Shown: positions 36,585 to 49,600 of the stretch, piece by piece
Layout: every line of letters starts with the position of its first letter
Position numbering within the stretch: position 1 is the first letter of the stretch
Assembly (NCBI GenBank): GCA_004431415.1
Contig: QPMI01000062.1
Coordinates: 496,001-560,000, forward strand
Length of the DNA: 64,000 nt
From: Cyanophora paradoxa CCMP329
Lineage: Eukaryota; Plantae; Glaucophyta
Direction: 5' to 3'
Program-made: the position numbers and the translations under genes
The notes under the pieces: generated by a model
The model's database searches: none
Told to the model about the DNA's origin: nothing
What the model saw: only the letters and a program-made list of their open reading frames with translations

Positions 36585-39500
36585 CTATGTTCGCTTCTTG
36601 TCGCCGCTGGCAACGCCTGGCGGAGGGTTGGGGGTGAGGGTGAACGCGGAGCGGAGTGGAGCGACCAGGGGGGCCCTCGAGGCGGCCGGAGGCGCCGCGC
36701 CGGCGGGGTTCGAGGGGGCGGTGTTCTTGACGGGGGAGGGCCCCGCGCTGCGGGGCGTGGGGGCGAGCAGCGGGGAGGGCGGCATGGGCGGGGAGGCCCC
36801 CGAGGGGGTCATCGGGGCGGGCCCCGGCGGCTGAGAGGTGACGAGGGAGGCTAGCACGTGCAGCATGCTCTCCTTGCTGGACCTGCCGGCGGGAGCGAGC
36901 GGGGCCGTCAGCGGGCGCCCCGGGGCCGGCGGGCAGGTGGGGCGGCGCGCCAGTAGACGAAGTGGGAGTCGAGGAGGGAGAAGTAGGAGGTGTAGGCGTC
37001 GGGGGCCCCCTGAAGGGCGCCCGTCGGCCGCGCCGCGGGGCGGGCAGCGACGCGGGGAGCGCACCAGGGCGTAGTCGATGCGGAAGCCGCCCCAGGAGGG
37101 CGGGCGGGGCCGCGGGCGGGGGCCCCGCTGGGCCCCGCCCCGCCGGCGGAGGCGGGCGGGAGGGGCGACTCGCGGATGGGCAGGGCGTCCTCGGGCGGGT
37201 CCCACGGCGTCTCGCCCGCGGGTCGTGGGCGGAGGCGTCCGGCGGCGGCGGGGCGCTGCAGCGGCTGCCGGCCGACGCGTCGTCCTCCTCCGCGCCCTCC
37301 GCATCGCTCGAGGCCGACGACACGAGGATCGCGTCCGCGTCGTAGAACGGCGTGCACGCTGCCGCCCCCGTCGGCCGGGCGCGGCGGCCCGGGCAGCGGG
37401 AGCGGCGCGGGCGGCGGTCGCACCCTCGACCCTCCGCTCGCGCCAGGGTCGCTTCCTCAGCGTGCCGCTCGCCGCGGCGGTGGCGGCGGCGGCGGCCGAC
37501 GCGGCGGCAGCGGCGGCGGAGGCGGCGGCGGAGGCGAAGAAAGAGCCGACGCGCTGCGCGATGCGGGAGTAGTCCATCCGGCCCTGCGGGCGGCCTCAGA
37601 GAGCGCGAAGATCCGAGAGGGTTGTCGGAGAAAGAGAGAGGGAGGAGCCCACCACGAGGCTCATGCGGGCCCAGTTCTCCTGCGCGGCGCGTGTGAGCGG
37701 GAGTGGAGTGGAGAAGAGGGGGGTCAGAGCGGACGACGGGGACGGGGGGCTCCTCGGTGAAGGAGGGGTCGACGAGGGGCTCCAGGCGGAACGCCTGCGG
37801 GGCGGGGCGCGGGGCGGGGCGGGCGTGAGGCCGGCGCGCCTCGACGAAGAAGCCGGCGGGCGGACGGGGCGGGGGGGCGGGGCGGACGACGCAGTCGTAG
37901 GGGTGGAAGATGTTGTGGAGGCGGAAGGGGAGGCGCTCGGCGTGGAAGGTCTCGCCCCGCAGCGAGAGGAAGACGCCGAGGGGGCAGCCGAGCAGGAAGA
38001 GGTGGGCGGGGGCGAAGTCCAGCCGGATCGAGTAGTCTGCCAGGTTCACGTACTCCGGGTCCACCTCTGCGGCGGCGGGTTCGAGGAAGCCGGGCGGGGG
38101 CGCGCAGGGGCCGCAGCACCGCCGGGGGCGAGGCCGGCGCCCGAGGGCCGCTGGTTCGTCAGGATGTCGTACCTGCGGCGGTCAGCGGGCGGCGGCGGGG
38201 CGCGGGGCGCGGGGCGGGCGCACGAGACGACGCCGCCGAGGGAGTGGGCGAGGACGGAGACCTTCCCCGAGAAGCGCGGGTTCGCCAGGATGAACTGCTT
38301 GTACCTGCCCGCCGCGTTCAGGCGGGGCGGCGCGAAGGGGCGGCGGGCGGCGCGGTGCGCGGCGGACGCACCGGTGGTTCAGCTGCGCGGCGACCTCCTC
38401 CTGCCCGGGCCGCGGGGCGCTCGGTCAACACTGGATGCGGAGCGTGAAGGGGCGGGGCGGGGGCGGACGAGGATGAACTTGTGGTAGCGGGGGGTGAGGA
38501 AGTAGCAGACGTCGAGGACCTTGTCGTTCAGGAAGGAGCGCAGCTTCGGCAGCGTCCCCGGCGTGATCGCCGCGATCCGCCTGCCCGACCCGCCCCGCTC
38601 AGCGACGGAGCGCGCGGGGCGGGCGCGGGGCGGGGGGGCGGACTCGTCGCAGCCCTGGATGCCGCGGAGGCTGCTGTGCCACTCGATCTCCGCGAACTCC
38701 ACTCGGAAATCCACGTCGGGGAAAGCCTGCGGGCCGCGTCGGGACCTTCTAAGGCCGCTGGGGCGCGCTCGCTCCGGGGCCCCGCCCGCCGCACCCCGGT
38801 CATGACCGCCTCGCTGCTCCTGCGCAGCTCCTCCACTGCGGGAGCAGGTCGGGGGCGGGGCGGGCGGGGCGGGGGGAGGGGCGGGGCGGGGCGGACCGTG
38901 GTGGAGGAGGCGCGCGTGGTCGAGCTGGGAGCCGACGCCGTGCACGACCAGCACCAGGTGCTCCACGAACGCCCGCCCCTGCGCCCGGCCCGCGGCCCCC
39001 GAGCTCGCACCCGGGCTGCCCCGCGCGCCACTCAAGGCGACCCGCACCGGTGCCTGGGCGGGGCCGAGCATCGGGGAGCTCCCGAGGGGCGTGCTGGAGG
39101 GCGCCGGCGGGGCCAGGCTCGGCGCGAGCCCCGCCTCGGAGTCGTAGCGAGCCTCCGGCCTCTGCCCCCGCGCGCCTCGGCCGCGCGTCCAGGGGAGAAG
39201 GGCGCAGGATCCACCGAACCTGGTCGGGGGCCGCCGAGGCGGACAGGGACAGGGGCTTGGGCTGGGCGGGCTGGCCCTTCGGCCTGCGAACGCGGCGCGG
39301 ATCGACGTCACGAGCGCGCGGGGAGCGGCGGGCGGGGTCGGCCGCACGCGAAGTACTTGGACGGGGGCCCATCTCGGACCGACTCGAGGATGAGGTCCCG
39401 GTTCCACTCCCGCCACTCGTCCTCCGACTCGGCCGCGAACGTGAAGGTCTGCTCCGCTGCTGAGAGGCGCCAGCGGGCCCGCAAGAGACGAGGGCCGCCG

Positions 39501-40092
39501 GCTTCTCGAACCTTGCGCTTCTCCCTGTCGGTGACGACAAAGACGTGCGCTCGTTTGTACCTGCGGGCCTGGCGTCAATCATCCGCGCCCGGACTGCTGG
39601 CCGGATGCCCGTCGCGCACACTAGTTCGTCCACCGCCATCACAAAGGGGCACTGCGTAAAGAAACGATATTCAGCGTAGTCTTTTCAGCGAGCCTGCAGC
39701 CAGAAAGCGGCTGAGCGCGCCCCGGCTAGCCCCGAACACGGAACGGCGCGGTCAAGTCAAGCGGCCCTCGGCGGCCCGGCGGCAGCCGTACGCGCGAACC
39801 TCGTCCAAGGCTATGATCTGCTCGGCGAGGCCGCGGAGGTCCTGCGTCCCTGGAAAGACGAACAAGCTTTTGTTCTTCAGGACGACGTGGACGCGTCTCC
39901 ACCCGCGCCTCGAGCGCATCGCCAGAGGGCCTAGTAGCCGTGAGCGCATATCAACAGATTCTGAGAGCGCACGCACCCTCGCGTAGCGGGCTGGCCACGG
40001 CCCTGAGCACATCCGCCTGCAGGATGGCCGGCTGCGGCGCGCGTCGGAATACGGCGTTGCGCGCGGCCTGCCGTGCTCACCAGGGCCGTCAT
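36585..40092 (-). CDS. PH-domain + DDHD-domain intracellular phospholipase A1 (PA-PLA1 family)
   Basis: PH domain: PLREG|PLAMRSRRGWRRVHVVLKNKSLFVF...FTFAAESEDEWREW. Lipase/DDHD: HLVLVVHGVG, IEWHSSL, LRSFLNDKVLDVCYF, KVSVLAHSLGGVV (GxSxG-type), LFLLGCPLGVFL, NIFHPYD..AFRLEPL, RIDYAL and SHFVYW. Confidence 0.87.
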
Positions 40093-40117
40093 CGCGCTTG
40101 CTTCGGCCGCGGGCCCG

Positions 40118-40147
40118 TCTGAGCTCAGAGCTCTGAGCTCAGAGCTC
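40118..40147. repeat. Nested palindrome: four GAGCTC at 7-bp period forming a perfect 26-bp palindrome
   Basis: TCTGAGCTCAGAGCTCTGAGCTCAGA (40118-40143) equals its own reverse complement. It lies between the divergent ATGs at 40092 and 40290. Confidence 0.9.
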
Positions 40148-40289
40148 GCCCGGCCCGGGTACGCGAAAACGAGCTCGCTCAAACGCCAGCCGCCTCGCAG
40201 ACGCTCGAAAGGCAGCCTGAAGCAATCTAGGAGGCTAGGCCAGCCGGTTGCTGTCAGTTCTCCCTCTTGCGGGAGCCCCAGCAGCACAG

Positions 40290-43026
40290 ATGGCGTCCTC
40301 CGTGGCCGGCGTCGGCAACTGGCAGCCGGGCATGCGCGTGCCGGATGGCCAGTACACTAAGGTCATATACTCGCTGATTCGCGACCGAAAGTACCAGGAG
40401 GTTATCGATGTCCTGACCTACGAGATGCAAAACTTCCCCAAGAGCCGGGCGGCACTCTCCCTGCTGGCCTACTGCTACTACATGACGCAAGAGTTCCAGT
40501 CTGCCGCTCAGCTGTGCGCAATTCTCGTCGCTCCGCGGCCCGCCGCGCCTCCAGCTAAAAGCGGCCGCCCCGGCTGCGCAGCTACGAGCAGCTGGTGCGG
40601 GCGTATCCTGAGGTGGAGGAATACAAGATCTACCACGCGCAGTCCCTCTTTAAGGCGTCGCAGTACCCTGAGGCCCTGCGGTCGTGCTTGCAGGTGGACT
40701 CGCAACAGTATCAGCAGCGGGTGCGCCGCGCAGCTGGGCCGGAGCCCGGCCGACCGCCGTTCGCGCCGAGGGCTTCCATCTGACGCGGCATTTGGCGCAG
40801 ATGGTCATGCTGCAGGCCTACATCAAGTACGAGCAGGACGATTTGGCGGGCGCGAAGCAGATGCTGGCGAAGAGCTTCACGGACGACCCCGACGCGCTCA
40901 TCCTCAACGCGTGCACGATGTACAAGGCGCGCCGCTGCGGGGCGCCGCCGCCGCGTGGGCGCGCGGCCGCGGTCTCACGCGGCGGGGCGGGGGCGCAGGA
41001 GGGGCAGCACGATGAGGCGCGCCAGAAGTTCGTGGAGGCGATGAACACGCTGGGGTACCAGCCGGACATGGCGTACAACATCTGCCTCTGCTACTACAGG
41101 CTCAAGGCCTACGGTCCGGCGCTCAAGCACATCGCCGAGATCATCGAGCGGGGAGTCCGGGAGCACCCGGGTAGGCGGAAGCCCCGCGCGGGGCCGGGAC
41201 GGGGCGCTGAAGGCGGGCGCAGAGCTCAGCGTGGGGAGCAACACGGACGGGATCGAGGTGCGGAGCGTGGGGAACAGCGCGGTGCTGAAGGAGACGGCCC
41301 TCGTGGAGGCCTTCAACCTCAAGGCCGCCATCGAGTACGTCATGAAGAACTGTGCGTGGCGCCCTCCCATCCCGCCCCGCCCCGCCCCGCCCTGCACCGC
41401 CGCCCGCTGACGCGGGGCGGCAGACGACGCGGCGAAGGAGGCGCTGAGCGACATGCCGCCGCGAGGGGAGGAGGAGCTCGACCCCGTCACCCTCCACAAC
41501 CAGGCCCTCAGTGCGCCCCGGCCGCCCGCCCCGCCGCTGGCCGCCGCTGACGCGGGCGCAGTGCACATGGACGCGTCGCCGAGCGACGGGTTCAGGAAGC
41601 TGAACTTCCTGCTGAGCAACCCGCCGTTCCCGCCGGAGACCTTCGCGAACATCCTGCTGCTGTACTGCAAGAACCGGCTGTACGACCTGGCGGCGGACAT
41701 CCTGGCGGAGAACTCGCAGTACACGTTCAAGTACCTGGACCAGGACCTCTACGACTACCTGGACGCCACCATCATGCAGCAGACCAGCCCCGAGGAGGCC
41801 TTCCGCAAGGTGCCCCCGCCCCGCCCCGCCCGGAGCCGCTCCGCGCCGTGGCGTTGGCGTGGGCCGACGCGGGGCCGCCCGGCAGTTCGACGACATGGCG
41901 AACAAGCACACGGAGACGCTGCGGAAGCTGACGAAGCAGATCCAGGACGCGCGCCTCGCCCGCAACAACGACGCCATCAAGAAGGCCTTCATGGAGTACG
42001 ACGAGGCCCTCGAGCGGTGCGCCGGGGGTTCGGGCGTGGCCCGCCCGCTCGGGTGGGCGGTGCGCTGAGGGCGGCCCCCCGTCCTCGCAGGTACATCCCG
42101 GTGCTGATGGCGATGGCGCGGATCTACTGGGACCTGGACAACTACGGGATGGTGGAGAAGATCTTCCGGCAGTCGGCCGAGTTCTGCTCGGAGCACGACA
42201 CGTGGAAGCTGAACGTGGCGCACGTCTTCTTCATGCAGGAGACCAAGTTCATCGAGGCGATCCGCTACTACGAGCCGATCGTGAAGAAGCACAGCGAGGC
42301 GCAGCAGCTGCTCGCCGTCCCCGCCATCGTCGTCGCGAACCTCTGCGTCTCCTACATCATGACGAGCCAGAACGAGGAGGCCGAGGACCTCATGCGCAAG
42401 CTCGAGAAGGAGGAGGAGAAGGTCGCCTACCAGGTGCCGCCCGGTCCCGCCCCGCCGCGCCCCGCGCCCCGCGCCCCGCCCCCTCCCCCCAGCCGCCCAG
42501 CTCACGCCCCGCCGGCAGGACCCGGAGAAGCAGGTGTACCACCTGTGCATCGTGAACCTGGTGATCGGGACGCTGTATTGCGCCAAGGGCAACTTCGAGT
42601 TCGGCATCTCGCGCATCATCAAGTCCCTCGAGCCGTACAACAAGAAGCTCAGCACGGACACGTGGTACTACGCCAAGCGCTGCTTCCTCGCCCTCATCGA
42701 GATCCTCGCCAAGCACATGATCATGCTCAAGGCGCGGCCCCCGCCCGCCCCCGCCGCACCCCCGGCCCCTGCTCGGGCGGGGTTCTCACGCGTACCCCCC
42801 GCAGGACGCGACGTTCCACGAGATCCTGGGCTTCTTGGACGCGGCGGACACGCACGGGAAGAACGTGCTCACGACGCTGAACCCGCTTGAGAAGGACATC
42901 GCGACGGGCCGCAACAACGTCTCCTACGAGGCCCGCCTCCTCAAGAAGATGTCCGCCCGCCCTCCCCCCTCGCCGAAGGGCCAGTTGCTCACGCCCCCGC
43001 GCAGGTTCCTTCGGTTACGAGACTAG
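40290..43026 (+). CDS. IFT70: Intraflagellar transport protein 70 (TTC30/fleer/DYF-1)
   Basis: PDGQYTKVIYSLIRD, SRAALSLLAYCYY, LKHIAEIIERGVREHP, ETALVEAFNLKAAIEY, DMPPRGEEELDPVTLHNQAL, PPFPPETFANILLLYCK, WKLNVAHVFFMQ, HLCIVNLVIGTLYCAKGNFEFGISR and DTWYYAKRCFL. Confidence 0.97.
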
Positions 43027-43430
43027 AGCGGCAGCGTAGCATATCTAGCAGTAGTAGGCCTAGGCCTAGAGCTAGTCCTAGTCGTTAGTGTACACTAATG
43101 TAGGAACAGGATCCGGCCGCGGAAGCCAAAGAAACGTCAACGGTCTGACTGCTTCTACATGCCCCCGTGGCCGCGTACTTGGCCATGGCCCAGTGGTACC
43201 AGCACTGAGAGGTAAGCGAAAGCTACGAGCGGGGCGGTGCATCGAGCTCATCGATATCATCCCATCCCAGACAAGCACGCGTGCATGCACGGCAGCTCGA
43301 GACGTGATCTAAACAATGTTACAATTTTTGTTACGACAAAACCAGCCCGCGAGTTCCTCGGAACCGCATTTCAAAAATTACAGGATCGAGCCCGAGGATC
43401 GACGAGGGCGCTCCAAGAAGAAGGGCCGCT

Positions 43431-44697
<1,267 letters not shown>

Positions 44698-45179
44698 GGT
44701 GGCGGTCGGAGAACTAGGTCGTTGGCGATAACCTCGACTGGCGTCGTACCCGGGCAGTTCTGGGGTACGTCGCCCAAAATCAACTCCCCCTGAGGCAGTA
44801 CCTGGCGGTGAGCGCCGCGCACCCGCGTCTCGCGCGCGCACGGCTCGTCCCATCCGTGTGCGGCCGCTGAGCCCCCGATCGCAGGAGCTCGCAAGCTCGT
44901 CACTTGCGTCAACCCCGTCTCAGCGCTCCACCGCGCGCTCCTCCGGATCCACACGCGACTCGGGGATAAGTCGAACTCCTCGCTGGTCGCGCCCTGAAAC
45001 TCGGACCCGCGTGCGCCAGACCCACTTGGGTGCGCCGGTCGGATTGATCGCCTCTCACCGCCGCGCCATTTACCTTCTTCGTTCGAACTACCAGCTCGTA
45101 CGCCGGCTGCGCGTCCCGCCGCAATCCGGTCAAACGCGATCTGGACGATTGGCCGAAGCAGTCTCCGAGAAGGACGACG

Positions 45180-45506
45180 ATGAACTGCTCGGCGCCCGGC
45201 CCAGTGATGTCTTACGCGTACGGCGCGTTCTTTCTGCCGGCCCAAAGCTGGACGTCCGATCAGTTGTGGCAAGACCCCTTCAAAGCGGAGGCCTTCAGCG
45301 TCTCGCAGACGACCACGCCGCTGCAGCTGTCGCGGGCGGAGAGCGCCGCGCGGCGGCAAGCCATTATAGAGGAGGTCGCGGCGCGGCGACAGGAGGTCTC
45401 CCAGTGGCTCGCCGAGCAGGAGGCCGCGTGGATGGACGGCATCGAGCCGCAGGACACCATCAATGCAGACGCAGTTGCAGCACTTTCGACTGATGCGTGT
45501 AGATAG
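45180..45506 (+). CDS. Hypothetical small protein (about 100 aa), divergent from THI4
   Basis: Intronless ORF with a balanced composition that is not Arg/Pro/Gly-rich (MSYAYGAFFLPAQSW...AIIEEVAARRQEVSQWLAEQE), followed by a T-rich 3' tract. No recognised homology. Confidence 0.35.
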   Translation: MNCSAPGPVMSYAYGAFFLPAQSWTSDQLWQDPFKAEAFSVSQTTTPLQLSRAESAARRQAIIEEVAARRQEVSQWLAEQEAAWMDGIEPQDTINADAVAALSTDACR

Positions 45507-46439
45507 ACTCTAAACTGAGATTTTCCTCGGTCACTCTGAGATATTCCTCGGTAGCATACTTGTACACTACAATTTTGTTCGTTTTTTTGTTTCGATTCGA
45601 AACTTTCCATCTCAGTCTCAAGCTCGAGATCTAGACCTGGACCGAGGCGGCGGCGGGGATCCCCATGGGTCTGCGGGCCGGGGGCTGTGACTCAGTGAGC
45701 CTCAGCAACTGCGGGTCCCGGGTTTCAAATTAATGTTCTCCCGGTTAATCGTTGCGACTTCTGAGCTCGAGTGAATCTCATGGACTGCTACGGGCCAAGC
45801 TGCCGGACCCTCCTCAGGGCCTGGCCCAGTCGGAGTCTCACCCCCGTCTCTCCGGCCACTGCAGCTGGCCGCCGCAGCGCGGGCCCGCACCCCGGGCCCC
45901 TCGAGCTCGAGCCTCGGGGCACCCGCGGCCCCCGGCGGCCCGGCGGCCGGGCCGTACCGTAGTACGCCTGCTGCCAGTACTCAGTGACTAGTGTGGAAAA
46001 ATCGATATCTTGATTCTGACCTTCGAATTAAATGCGGCAAGCATTGAAGCTTTCTACTACTACTAGGCTAGGCTAAATTAAAGCTAACCGTCACGGCGTT
46101 GAACATACTAATTATAAGTTACTAAAGCTACTAACTAGTAAGCTTCAAACTTCAAGGCTTGAAAATGCCGCACTGCGGCAGCCGCTGAGCTCGAGCCGCT
46201 GAGCTGCGAAGTGCCACGATGACGAGCCGCCGCCGCACTGCGCGGCAAGCTCGGAGCTCTCATGATCAGGCTCGAGACGGACTCCTGGGCCGCCGGGCAT
46301 CGTGGGCATCATGCATCGTTTAGTTGTTTCCCGAATTTTCCGAACTTTGAAAGTTTGCTATTGAAATTGAGGTTCAAGGTAAATTCAACTGGAAAAGGCC
46401 GAGAGGGGGAAAGGCGCGCGGCTCGCAGTGGCGCCGAAG

Positions 46440-46594
46440 CTAGGGCCTTGGCGCCGGGGCCGCGGGCTTGGGCCGGCGCCAGGCGGAGAAGCGCTCCACG
46501 GTCCCGAGCACGTCGTCCTTCCGCACCGGCCTGCGGGGCGGGGCAGGTCAGAGCGGGCCGCGGGGCGGGGCGGGGCGGCGCGCTTGGCGAGGAG

Positions 46595-46625
<31 letters not shown>

Positions 46626-49600
46626 AGCGACTCCGCCACCACGTTCGCCGTCAGCGCCTGCCCCGCCCCCGGCTCGGCTCGACCTGAGGGAGCGGCGCCG
46701 GCCGCAGCGCCGGCGGGCGCACGACGATGGCGGAGGGCGGGCCCCCGTCTCCCCCGCCGCCTCCTGCCCCGCCCGTCAGCGCGCCTGGCGCGGGGCGGGG
46801 CAGGCGGGGCGGGGCGGGGCGGGGCGGGCCAGGCGGCGGATCTCGCGGGTGGCCCCGTCCCGTCCAGCACCGGCATCTGCCCCCGGCCGGCGGCGTCACG
46901 GGGGCGGGGGTACAGGCGCGCGGGCCTCGGGCGGGGGTACGCGCCTCCATGTCCATGAAGACGACTCTGTACGGGGCGTCGCCCCGCGCCGCCCTGCGCC
47001 CCCGTGAGCCGAAGCGGCGGGGGCCAAAGCTACAGACGAGGTGTACCGGGCGCGGACGCGATCGAGGGCCTCGGCGCCGTGGGCGGCCTCGTCGCACGCG
47101 AGGCCGCCCTTCTTCAGCAGCGACGCGCACACCTTCCGGCTGCCCGCGAGGTGAGGGCCGGCCGGCGGGCGGGAGGCACTGGACCCGAGGGGCGGGGCGG
47201 GGCGGGGCGGGGCGGGGCACTTGAGGTCCACGTCGTCGACGACCCTGCGCCGGCGCGTCGGCTAAGGCGGCGGCGGCGGCGGGGAGCGGGGGGCCGGCGC
47301 ACAGGATCCCCGGCTGCTCGGCCGGCCGCTCCGCCGCCTCCGGGGCCCCCGGCGGGGCCCGCAGGTCGGAGGCCGCCGCCCCCGCGCGCCCCTCCGGGGC
47401 CGGCGCCTTGCGATCAGGAGGGGCCGGCGGGGGCGGCTCCGGCTCGGGCGCAGCCGCCGGCAGCTCGGGCTCCGGCTTCGGCTCCGCCGTGCCGGGAGTG
47501 GAGGGCACGGCGGCCTCCCGCGGGGCCCGGGCGGGGGCGGCGGGCTCGAGGGGGCCGCCGCGGGCGGCCGGGCGTCCGGCCGCACCTCGATCACCGCCGC
47601 CTCCGCCTCCGCCCCCGGGGCGCCCTCGTGCACGGTCCCGAGGCCGCCGCCCGCCCCGTCCGCCGCCGATGGCGTCTCGGCCTCGGCCCCCACCTTCGCC
47701 TCGGTCTCGACTTCTTCCTTCACCTCGAGCTCCGCCTCGGCAGGAGCGGTGGCGGGGGCGGCGGCGAGGGCCTCGAGGGCGCGCTGGAGCGTCTTCACGA
47801 ACTTGTGGTACCGCACCTGCCGCGCGGGAGAGCCGCCGCTCAGCTTGCCGCGGCCGGCGCCGCGCGGGGCGGAGCAGCGCGCACGGGCTTCACGAGGGGC
47901 AGCTTGGAGACGAGGGCGGGGCCGGCCTCGCCCTCTGGCGGCGGCGAGGCGCGCTCCGGCACAGCCTCGCTCGCGCACGCGCAGACCGAGGGCTGCCGCG
48001 AAGACGAGCGCTGCCGGTGCGCGCGCGCGGAGCGCGGGATGGGCGGCTCCAGGCACACCAGCGAGGCGGCGGCCGAGGCGGCGGCGGCGGCCGCGGGGCG
48101 GCACGGGACCGACTCGTCGAGCACGAGGAGGGCGCGGGGCGGGCGCGGGGCCGCCGGGTCGGGCGGCGGCTCGTCGGGCGGCGGGCGCCGGAGGCGGGGC
48201 GGGGCCAGCCGGCGGAGCGCGCGTACTCGAGGACGATGGCGGCGACCTCGGGGTCTGGGTGGACGACCCAGAGCAGGGGGTACTCGGCGAGGCCGGCGGG
48301 AGGGCGAGGCGGGGCGGGTAGAGCGGCGGCGGCTCGTGCAGGTGCCGCCGCGGGGCAGCGTGGCGAGCGACGGCGCGTCCTCCAGCCGCGCCGCCGCCGG
48401 CCCCGGCGCCACCTCCTCGTCCTCCGCCTCAGCCTCGTCCCCGCCGAATCCGCCGGGCTGGGCGGGCGGCCCGCCGCATTCGCCGACCAGCGGGAGCGGC
48501 ACCTGCGGGCCCGGGCGTCAGGGCGCGGGCTGGCGTGCGGGGCGGGCGGGCCGGCGGGCAGGCCTCGACGGTGAAGGTGGAGCCGACGCCGGGGGCCGAC
48601 TCGACGGAGACGGTGCCGCCCATCAGCTCCGCCAGGCGCTTCACGATCGGCAGGCCCATCCCCGTGCCCCCGTACAGCCGCGTCACGCTCTGGTCCGCCT
48701 GCGCCACCGCGTCAGGGGCCGGGGCCGAGGGAAGGGCGTGAGGGTACGCGAGCGCGCCTGGGCGTAGTCCTGGAAGATGCGGTCGATGCCGGCCGGGTCG
48801 ATCCCCAGCCCCGTGTCCTTCACCTGCCAGCGCGCCTCGGGCGAGACGGGGGGCGGGAAGGCAGACAAAAGGGGGCACGTCGATGTGGAGGCGCGTATGG
48901 ACGCGGACGAGAGCGGTGGCGGGCCCCGCGGGGAGCACCTCGCAGGCCACGATCACGTGGCCCTTGCGCGTGAACTGCGCCGCCTGAGGGGTCCAGGCGC
49001 CGGCGGGAGGGGTACAGCGGGAGGCGCGCCTTGATCCCGTTGTACGCGAGGTTCATGATGATCTGGCGGGGGGTCGGTGGGGTGGGGCGGGGCGGGACGG
49101 ACGAGGCAAAACCGGCACCTGCCTGCGGCCGGAGTCAGGCGGGGCGTGAGACAGGGGCGGGGAGGGAACGGCTTACTTGAGGCGGCAGGGGTCGCCGACG
49201 AGGCGCGGGCAGCGCTCGCATTCCCTCGGGGGCGGGATGAACGACGCCAGCTCGATGCCCTGCGCGGGCGGACGCGCGGTGAGGCGGGGGCGGAGCGCCG
49301 GGCGGCTTTGAGGGACGGGCGGGGGGACCTTGGAGAAGGCGGTGGGGGCCACGACCTGCCGGCGCCGGCGTGCACGTGAGGGAGGCGGCGGGAGGTGGGC
49401 GGCGAGCGGCGGGCGTCGGGCGGCGGGCGGCGGGAGGTGGAGGCGGGTTTTGGGGGTACACCGCGCCTCGATGAGCTCCTCGACGACAGGGCGGAGGTCG
49501 AAAGGAACGGCTTCGAGCTCGACCTTGCCTGCCTCGATCTTGTGCAGGTCCAGCAGGTCTGGCGGGCACGCGCGGTGAGGAGGGGAGGGAAGGGAGGAGG

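Noticed and set aside
46853-46856. Kinase copy 1 as a pseudogene (C4 here versus C5 in copies 2 and 3 shifts the receiver frame)
   Set aside because: A single-base difference in a homopolymer is more likely a sequencing or assembly indel, and all catalytic motifs are intact. It needs read-level checking.
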